Shown in pieces: positions 57,623 through 64,000 of a DNA stretch of 64,000 nt. The stretch is from Bacillota bacterium (GTDB taxonomy: Bacteria; Bacillota; Dethiobacteria; DTU022; UBA8154), in assembly GCA_012518675.1 (NCBI GenBank), contig JAAYRR010000133.1:7015-71014 (forward strand), in the 5' to 3' direction. Position 1 is the stretch's first letter. Each line of letters opens with the position of its first letter. Position numbers and translations under genes: made by a program. The notes beneath the pieces are model-generated. The model ran no database searches and was not told the DNA's origin. It worked only from the letters and a program-made list of their open reading frames with translations.

Positions 57623-59917
57623 TTGCTTACCAAAGAACAAACTTTAACCGAACAAACGTTAGCCAAATTTTTTGTGCCCCAGGGTGTCGCTGTCATTGGA
57701 GCATCCAAAGACCCTGCCAAAGTAGGAAATGCCGTTGTAAAAAATTTGTTAGCCAGCAACTATGGTGGCAATATTTATCCGGTTAATCCGAAGGAGGAGG
57801 AGATTTTTGGGCTCAAATGCTATCCGAACGTAAAGGATATACCGCCAAAAACCAAGGACGGAGACGGTGATAATGTAGAACTGGCAGTGATTGCTATTCC
57901 TGCTGCCTTCGTCCTTAAAGCCCTGGAAGACTGTGCCCAAAGAGGTATCCGTTACACTATTGTTATTACTGCCGGTTTCAAAGAAATAGGACCACAGGGG
58001 ATGGAACTGGAAAAAAAATTGACTGCTTTTTGCCGTGAACAAAAAATTCGTCTTTTGGGGCCCAACTGTGTAGGGCTTATCCATACCCATACCCCAATTA
58101 ATGCCTCCTTTAGCCGGGGCATTCCCCACAAGGGCAACATTGCCTTTATTTCTCAAAGCGGTGCCATTCTGCTTTCCATCCTGGACTGGAGTCAGATGGC
58201 CGGCATTGGTTTTTCACATTTTGTCAGCTTAGGTAATAAGGCTGACCTACAAGAAACAGATTTTTTGGAATATGCCGCCTGGGATCCGGCTACAAAAGTA
58301 ATCCTCTGCTATTTGGAAGATATTACTTTTGGGCAAAAATTTTTGGAGGTAGCCACACGTGTTTCTGCACATAAACCAATCGTCGTTTTAAAATCAGGAT
58401 CCAGCCCCTCGGGGGCCCGGGCCGCCTCATCCCATACCGGCGCCCTGGCAGGAACCGATAATGCCTATGATGCAGCCTTTCGAAAAAGTGCTGTGCTCCG
58501 GGCCCACAACATGGGGGAACTTTTTGATATAGCAGCTGCTTTTGCCCACCAGCCCCTGCCGGTGGGAGATAAAATTGCCATTGTAACCAATTCCGGCGGG
58601 CCGGGAATTTTAGCCACAGACCGGATTGAAAAAACGGGGTTGAGAATGGCTGGTTTTACTACAGAAACAAAAAAACAACTGCGTTCGCACCTGCCAAAAG
58701 AGGCCAGCATTTATAACCCGGTGGATATCTTGGGTGATGCCGGGGCAGATCGCTACTATTTCACCTTGGAAAAGGTGCTCCAGGATCCGCAAGTAGAAGC
58801 TGTAATAGCTTTGTTTTGCCCCACCGCCCTGTCCGACCCGGCAGAAATTTCCCGGGCAATTGTTGATGTGCAGCAAAAGGCACCCCAAAAACCCTTGTTA
58901 ACGGTTCTCATGGGTGGCAAAGAAATACAAGCTGGAAAAGATGTCCTCTTAGAAGCCGGCATACCGTCCTATACCTTTCCTGAAAACGCCGTTACGGCTT
59001 TAGAAGGTATGGTCCGTTACGCCAAAAATAAAAACCGGCTTATGCAAAGAAAAACTGTACAGCCCGGTGAAGTTAAAATAACTGCAGCAAAAAAAGGAGA
59101 TATGCAGTTACCTGAAAAACAGCTTTATAATACAACACAGGTTAAGGCCTCCTTTTACGATGCTTTGATGGAAAGAAGGGTAGTACTTTCAGAACATGAA
59201 GGAATAGAGACCCTAAACGCCTTCAACATCCCAACCGCTAAAACGTTTTTAGCCAAGGATCCCCAGGAGGCAGCAGAAAAGGCGGAACTGGCCGGGTTCC
59301 CTGTAGTGCTTAAAGTTGCTTCCCCACAGATTTTGCATAAAAGTGATATTGGCGGGGTAGTACCAAACCTTAATAACCCTGAAGAAGTTAAAAAGCATTT
59401 CCGGGAGATCATGCAAAGGGTGCAACATTTTTATCCGAATGCCCCTTTATTTGGCATTACAGTGCAGAAAATGATGCCCCCGGGCATGGAAATTATTATC
59501 GGCTCCTCAGAGGATGTCCAGTTTGGACCCTTGCTTGTTTTCGGACTTGGTGGCATCTATGTTAACCTCTTTGAAGACGTTTCCATGCGGTTGGCCGCAA
59601 ACCTCCACGAACAGGATGTCGAGGAAATGATCAAAGAAACAAAGGCATACAACCTTATAAAAGGCTTTCGGGGAAGCAATCCTTTGGATCTGCAGGCCCT
59701 GAAAAACGCTATTTTAAACACTGCCCAGCTTGTTACCAATTTCCCGGAAATTAAAGAAATGGACATTAACCCCCTACTGGTTTATGAAAAGGGTGTCTGT
59801 GCAGTCGATGTAAAGATCACACTTTCCCACCGCCTGCTGAACAACACCTTCTCTCCCCGGGAACAGGCGGTACACCAAGAAAATTTAGCAGCAGAGCTAA
59901 CAGAAAGGAGCGTCTAG
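57623..59917 (+). CDS. Acetyl-CoA synthetase (ADP-forming), fused alpha/beta (CoA-binding + ATP-grasp)
   Basis: N-terminal CoA-binding domain (VAVIGASKDPAKVGN), ligase-CoA middle domain, and C-terminal ATP-grasp. 764 aa. TTG start with a GGGGTAGGA RBS. Confidence 0.8.
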   Translation: MLTKEQTLTEQTLAKFFVPQGVAVIGASKDPAKVGNAVVKNLLASNYGGNIYPVNPKEEEIFGLKCYPNVKDIPPKTKDGDGDNVELAVIAIPAAFVLKALEDCAQRGIRYTIVITAGFKEIGPQGMELEKKLTAFCREQKIRLLGPNCVGLIHTHTPINASFSRGIPHKGNIAFISQSGAILLSILDWSQMAGIGFSHFVSLGNKADLQETDFLEYAAWDPATKVILCYLEDITFGQKFLEVATRVSAHKPIVVLKSGSSPSGARAASSHTGALAGTDNAYDAAFRKSAVLRAHNMGELFDIAAAFAHQPLPVGDKIAIVTNSGGPGILATDRIEKTGLRMAGFTTETKKQLRSHLPKEASIYNPVDILGDAGADRYYFTLEKVLQDPQVEAVIALFCPTALSDPAEISRAIVDVQQKAPQKPLLTVLMGGKEIQAGKDVLLEAGIPSYTFPENAVTALEGMVRYAKNKNRLMQRKTVQPGEVKITAAKKGDMQLPEKQLYNTTQVKASFYDALMERRVVLSEHEGIETLNAFNIPTAKTFLAKDPQEAAEKAELAGFPVVLKVASPQILHKSDIGGVVPNLNNPEEVKKHFREIMQRVQHFYPNAPLFGITVQKMMPPGMEIIIGSSEDVQFGPLLVFGLGGIYVNLFEDVSMRLAANLHEQDVEEMIKETKAYNLIKGFRGSNPLDLQALKNAILNTAQLVTNFPEIKEMDINPLLVYEKGVCAVDVKITLSHRLLNNTFSPREQAVHQENLAAELTERSV

Positions 59918-59918
59918 C

Positions 59919-61022
59919 TTGTTAAATAAGTTATACTTGATGGGTGAATCTGGTGCCGGTAAAACAACTATTGCCCTGAGCTTCGCCCTGCACCTTCAGG
60001 AAAAAGGGTTACAGGTTGCCTATTTTAAACCCAAAACTGCTTCCCGGCATTTGCCTCTTAACCAGGATGCCGATGCTTACCTGATGAAAAGGACGCTGGA
60101 ACTCCCTTGGGAAACAGAACAAATCGCACCGTTGAATTTTGAATCAATTTATATCTTTGGGCCCTCTGAACACATTCAGTCTTCGGCAAGAGAAATGGCC
60201 GGCAAACTGGAAAAAAACTTGCATGAAATATCCAGCAACTCCGAACTGGTCCTGATCGAAGGGGGAAAATATCCTGGTGATTGTTTTTCCCTTTCACTCG
60301 ACGATCTCAGTCTTGCCATAAAATGGCAAACACCGGTAATCCTTGTTTCCGAGTTAAAAAAGGACACTGACCTGGACCGGCTTCTTTTCTATAACAATCT
60401 GATGCAGTCCCGGGGGGTTTTTCTACTGGGAAATATATTTAACAATATCCCACAGACCATCTTGAATAAAGCCCGGGAAGTCTACCGCCCTTTGATGGAG
60501 GAAAAAGGATGCCGGCTCTTAGGGATTATCCCTTCCCAGCCCATGTTTACTTTTCCAACGGTTGCTGAATTTTGTGAAGCTCTGCGGGGGGAAATCCTCA
60601 CAGGTGAAGAACATCTGGACCTGCCAGTAGAAGAAATTGTGATCGGAACCATGACTATTGAGGGCGCCTTAAGCTACCTGCGGAGGGCTATCAACAAAGC
60701 GGTTATTACAGGCGGGGATCGCAGTGACATGGCCCTTACCGCTTTGGAAACAAGTATTTCAGCCCTTATTCTGACCGGGGGTCTTTATCCCGACATCAGG
60801 GTGATTACACGTGCCCGGGAAAGAAATGTGCCCGTGCTGCTTGTGCAGTGCGACACTTATACAACAATTGGCCTGCTACAGGGCATTGTCAGGCAAATTC
60901 GCCCCGACGATGCCCAGACTATTGCCCTGTTCAAAGAAGAAGTCATCCGTCACTGCCCCTGGGAAAAAATTGTTGCAGAGGCCAATGCCCAGGAAGGTTA
61001 TTTTCCAACAAAGGAAAAATAA
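59919..61022 (+). CDS. DRTGG-domain protein (phosphotransacetylase N-terminal-like, P-loop)
   Basis: P-loop GESGAGKTT and the DRTGG motif VITGGDRSD. Starts 2 nt after the acd stop; TTG with an AAAGGAG RBS. Confidence 0.65.
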   Translation: MLNKLYLMGESGAGKTTIALSFALHLQEKGLQVAYFKPKTASRHLPLNQDADAYLMKRTLELPWETEQIAPLNFESIYIFGPSEHIQSSAREMAGKLEKNLHEISSNSELVLIEGGKYPGDCFSLSLDDLSLAIKWQTPVILVSELKKDTDLDRLLFYNNLMQSRGVFLLGNIFNNIPQTILNKAREVYRPLMEEKGCRLLGIIPSQPMFTFPTVAEFCEALRGEILTGEEHLDLPVEEIVIGTMTIEGALSYLRRAINKAVITGGDRSDMALTALETSISALILTGGLYPDIRVITRARERNVPVLLVQCDTYTTIGLLQGIVRQIRPDDAQTIALFKEEVIRHCPWEKIVAEANAQEGYFPTKEK

Positions 61023-61097
61023 CAGACCGGAGGAATACTAAAAGCCGCCGGCATTAAACCCTGTTTTGTCAGCAATCTTTTACACAGAAATACTTCT

Positions 61098-61123
61098 AAG
61101 AGCCCTGAGTGGCTCTTTTTTTT
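61098..61123 (+). terminator. Rho-independent terminator (bidirectional)
   Basis: AAGAGCCCTGAGTGGCTCTT followed by T8 then A8. Confidence 0.7.
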
Positions 61124-61297
61124 AAAAAAAATGAAATGTTTTTTTGCGCATGAATAGAAAAAACAACGTAAAATATGGTATAAATAACTGAGGTAATAAA
61201 AATGAACCACTTAAGCTGGTCAGCTTGGATTATCATTTTTAAAAAATGCAGCAGCAGTTTGTTATATTAAATAACATTAAACCATGGAGGGATACCC

Positions 61298-62569
61298 TTG
61301 TCAAACCAAGCCAAGGAAAGAATTAACACCTATGAGGTTGCCAAGAAGCGCCTACAAAAAGCAACAGAAGAACTGGCTCTGCCGGCAAGCGTTTATGAAC
61401 GTTTAAAAGATTGCGATCGCGTTGTGGAAGCAGCCCTGCCGGTAGAAATGGATGGTGGCACATTGCGTGTCTTTAAGGGCTACCGTGCCCAGCACAATAA
61501 CGTTTTTGGACCATATAAGGGAGGAGTCCGTTTCCACCCGGAAGTTGATCTTGACGAAGCAAAGGCCCTTTCCATCTGGATGACGATTAAATGTGCTGTG
61601 GCCCGGGTCCCCTATGGCGGGGGTAAAGGAGCCGTAGCCTGCGATCCTTTGCAGATGTCTGCAGGGGAAATCGAACGCCTTAGCCGGCAGTATATCAGGG
61701 CTATGGCCCCTGTTCTAGGACCCCACAAAGACATTCCGGCTCCCGACGTAAATACCAATGCCCAGGTGATGGCCTGGATGACCGATGAATATTGTAACAT
61801 TCAGGGATATGATGCCTTAGGCGTAATTACCGGCAAGCCCCTGGAAATGGGCGGCAGTGCCGGAAGGGAAACAGCTACCGGGCAGGGTGTAATGTTTTCC
61901 GTACGTGAAGCGGCCAAAATCAAAGGCCTGGACCTTAAAAATGCAACCTTAGCCGTACAGGGTTATGGCAATGTCGGTTCTGCTACCGCCCGTTTCTTGG
62001 CCAGGGAAGGCTGCAAGTTGATCGCCGTAGCAGATATTTTCGGCGGTGTCTATGATCAGGACGGCCTTGATGCAGAAGCGCTTTACCGGTACTGCCGGGA
62101 AAAAGGTACTGTTAAAGACTTTCCAGGCAGTAAGGACAGCATTACAACAGAAGAACTTTTTGCTTTGGACTGTGATATTATCGTGCCGGCAGCCATGGAA
62201 AACCAGATTACCCCGCAGGTTGCCCAAAACATTAAAGCCAAAATTATTGGAGAAGGGGCCAACGGGCCCACCACCCCCGAGGCAGACGAAATTTTGCAGG
62301 AAAAAGATATTTTTGTTGTTCCTGATATCCTGGCCAATAGCGGCGGTGTTGTCACCTCTTATTTTGAATGGGTCCAGAACAACTATTCCTATTATTGGAC
62401 AGCAGAGGAAGTGGCTAAACGCCTGGAACTGAAAATGGTGGAAGCCTTTAACCATGTTTATGATTACCAGCGTAATTTTGGTAAAAGTATTACCATGCGG
62501 GAAGCAGCCTTCATGTATGCACTGCAGAGGCTGGCAGATGCCATGAAAATAAGGGGTTGGATCAGATAA
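61298..62569 (+). CDS. gdh: NAD(P)-specific glutamate dehydrogenase
   Basis: Glu/Leu/Phe/Val dehydrogenase motifs: K in GGGKGAV, then the Rossmann GYGNVG. 423 aa. TTG start with a GGAGGG RBS. Confidence 0.85.
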   Translation: MSNQAKERINTYEVAKKRLQKATEELALPASVYERLKDCDRVVEAALPVEMDGGTLRVFKGYRAQHNNVFGPYKGGVRFHPEVDLDEAKALSIWMTIKCAVARVPYGGGKGAVACDPLQMSAGEIERLSRQYIRAMAPVLGPHKDIPAPDVNTNAQVMAWMTDEYCNIQGYDALGVITGKPLEMGGSAGRETATGQGVMFSVREAAKIKGLDLKNATLAVQGYGNVGSATARFLAREGCKLIAVADIFGGVYDQDGLDAEALYRYCREKGTVKDFPGSKDSITTEELFALDCDIIVPAAMENQITPQVAQNIKAKIIGEGANGPTTPEADEILQEKDIFVVPDILANSGGVVTSYFEWVQNNYSYYWTAEEVAKRLELKMVEAFNHVYDYQRNFGKSITMREAAFMYALQRLADAMKIRGWIR

Positions 62570-62636
62570 AACAAAAGAACATGGAAATTGCACAGGCCGC
62601 ATGGCCACAGCAAAGCAGCCTGTAATGTCTGCAAAA

Positions 62637-62666
62637 CTTTTGCCGGCAGACAGCTGCCGGCAAAAA
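62637..62666. terminator. Bidirectional terminator TTTTGCCGGCAG-ACAG-CTGCCGGCAAAAAA
   Basis: Perfect palindrome flanked by a T-run and an A-run. Confidence 0.7.
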
Positions 62667-62802
62667 AGGGATTTTCTACGGGGAACTGTTACTTTACTAT
62701 TTATATTTAGCAGAAACTATAAGATAACCCGGGGGTAATTACCTCCGGGTTATCTGTTTTCCCTGAATACCAGTTGTCTATAAAAGTGTTATTATACCTT
62801 TT

Positions 62803-64000
62803 TCAGTGTACTGCCGGCAGATATAACTTTAGCTCACCGCCATTGTTAAAGGTTTCCCTGCCCAGAAAACAATAGGCCGGCAGCCGTTGTTTTTGGGGCG
62901 CATCATGAACTCCCACTGGAAAATCGTAATAGGTTAAGTACACCTCCTGGAAGGAAAAATCCAGTCGGGGTGAGGCTGCATACCATTCTACACCCTGCAC
63001 CTGTTCAAAGGCCTTGGCAGGCGACAGAAGGGCGTAAAAACCAGGCGGCAACACTTTTCCGTCTTCCTGGTAGTAATAAGCTATAATACCCTTTCCTTCC
63101 TCGTAGTGCAAAACCACCGGCAGTTCCTGCAGGGAACCTTTGTGGGGAAGGTAAGACACCTCTACCAAGGCGCCTGCAGATGTTTCACGCAGCCTGCTTT
63201 CCAGGGTATCACCTTCCCTGACAGGAAAACCTTCATTAGTAAGGATTTCCTTGGCCCATTCCGGCGTAGCGATGGACCGGGCTTCGCTTTGCAGCATGGA
63301 AACAACAGTTTTCCGTGGTTTCCAGGCCTGGTTAATTTTTTCAACCGGCGTAGCGGTTTCAGCAGGCGTGGTTCTATAAAAAACTGGGGGCAGGCTAATC
63401 TTACCCGCAGCTTTAAAACTTCGCAGATTTTGTTCTACTTTAAAATCTGTTTCCGGCGGAGGTGTTTCTGCTTGGACGGCAGGGGGAACAGGTTCGTTGG
63501 GATCTTCCTTCGGTTCTGTTCCGACACCGGGTTCAGGTTCATTTGCCGGTTGCCCTGGCGCAGGAAAGACATCTCCGCCCGGGGGTATTGCAGGTGTTTC
63601 TCCGGCTCCTTCAGTTCCAACTCCCTCCAGCCCTGTTTCCGGCCCTGATGCGGGGGGTTTAACCGCAGGGCCTTCCTCAATTATCGAAGGAAAGGTTTCG
63701 CTGCTTGGAACCTGCCCGGCAGGCTTCTTTTGTTCGGTCATAGCTGTGTAAGGATCGGGGAGCTTATCATTTCCCAGGCCTGACCCAACCAGACCCCCGT
63801 TGTGGAACAAAGCCAGCGCCACAACCATAATCACTGTGGCAGCTGTGAGGGCATAATAGGAAAGGTGTTTTTGAGAAAATTTTAAAACGCCGGCGAACAG
63901 ATCGTTCGTTTTGTTTTTTTGGGTAACGTTCCCGCCTGTCCCCCAGCCTTTTTCCAGCAAAGACTGCCGGAGTTCGTCCTGAAAAGAAGAAGAGGACTGT
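62803..64000 (-). CDS. Membrane-anchored protein with Pro/Glu/Thr-rich linker and C-terminal globular domain; 5' end runs off the window
   Basis: The reading frame stays open to position 64000. It has a TM helix (YYALTAATVIMVVALALF) and a low-complexity linker. No family recognised; the topology is like an anti-sigma factor. Confidence 0.5.
   Translation of the reverse strand, partial: QSSSSFQDELRQSLLEKGWGTGGNVTQKNKTNDLFAGVLKFSQKHLSYYALTAATVIMVVALALFHNGGLVGSGLGNDKLPDPYTAMTEQKKPAGQVPSSETFPSIIEEGPAVKPPASGPETGLEGVGTEGAGETPAIPPGGDVFPAPGQPANEPEPGVGTEPKEDPNEPVPPAVQAETPPPETDFKVEQNLRSFKAAGKISLPPVFYRTTPAETATPVEKINQAWKPRKTVVSMLQSEARSIATPEWAKEILTNEGFPVREGDTLESRLRETSAGALVEVSYLPHKGSLQELPVVLHYEEGKGIIAYYYQEDGKVLPPGFYALLSPAKAFEQVQGVEWYAASPRLDFSFQEVYLTYYDFPVGVHDAPQKQRLPAYCFLGRETFNNGGELKLYLPAVH

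Noticed and set aside
1-64000. CRISPR arrays, IS elements, integrases, prophage genes
   Set aside because: No repeat-spacer periodicity, no transposase or integrase-like ORFs, and no terminal inverted repeats were detected by eye.

Overview
This 64-kb window looks like chromosomal DNA from an endospore-forming Firmicute, probably a Clostridia-class anaerobe, with GC content near 47 percent. It carries an alpha/beta-type SASP, YlbJ, a SleB-like hydrolase with two LysM domains, a LonC-like protease and a type-A RNase P RNA. I found no mobile elements or CRISPR arrays. Most of the window is housekeeping. The protein-coding genes I can support are: an M20 peptidase, a Sir2 deacetylase, a BFN nuclease, TreT divergent from TreZ, a VOC/methylmalonyl-CoA epimerase, a DUF763 protein followed by an AT-rich 157-aa ORF and a MATE exporter, fused MsrAB, adenine deaminase, Nth, a possible GH57-like protein, CobT behind a cobalamin riboswitch, citrate synthase, the ylbL-ylbJ-coaD-rsmD block, ribosomal protein L28, gatCAB, pyk-pfkA-dnaE, trmL, an ADP-forming acetyl-CoA synthetase with a DRTGG-domain protein, and glutamate dehydrogenase. 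The RNA genes are a type-A RNase P RNA and tRNA-Leu(CAA). Four things stand out. The first is a diverged tandem duplication of a two-gene module, a benzoate-CoA-ligase-family enzyme followed by a CodY-like regulator, placed directly downstream of a PAS-domain sigma-54 activator; candidate sigma-54 and CodY-box-like sites lie upstream. The second is a GatA inside an otherwise canonical gatCAB operon whose amidase signature is degenerate and whose nucleophile Ser is replaced by Glu. The third is a telomere-like (T3-5 G3-5)n tract between gatB and the tRNA. The fourth is a cobalamin riboswitch with its own promoter and terminator, separated from cobT by an unusually long structured spacer of about 380 nt. 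All calls rest on reading the sequence and recalling family motifs; no database search was run.
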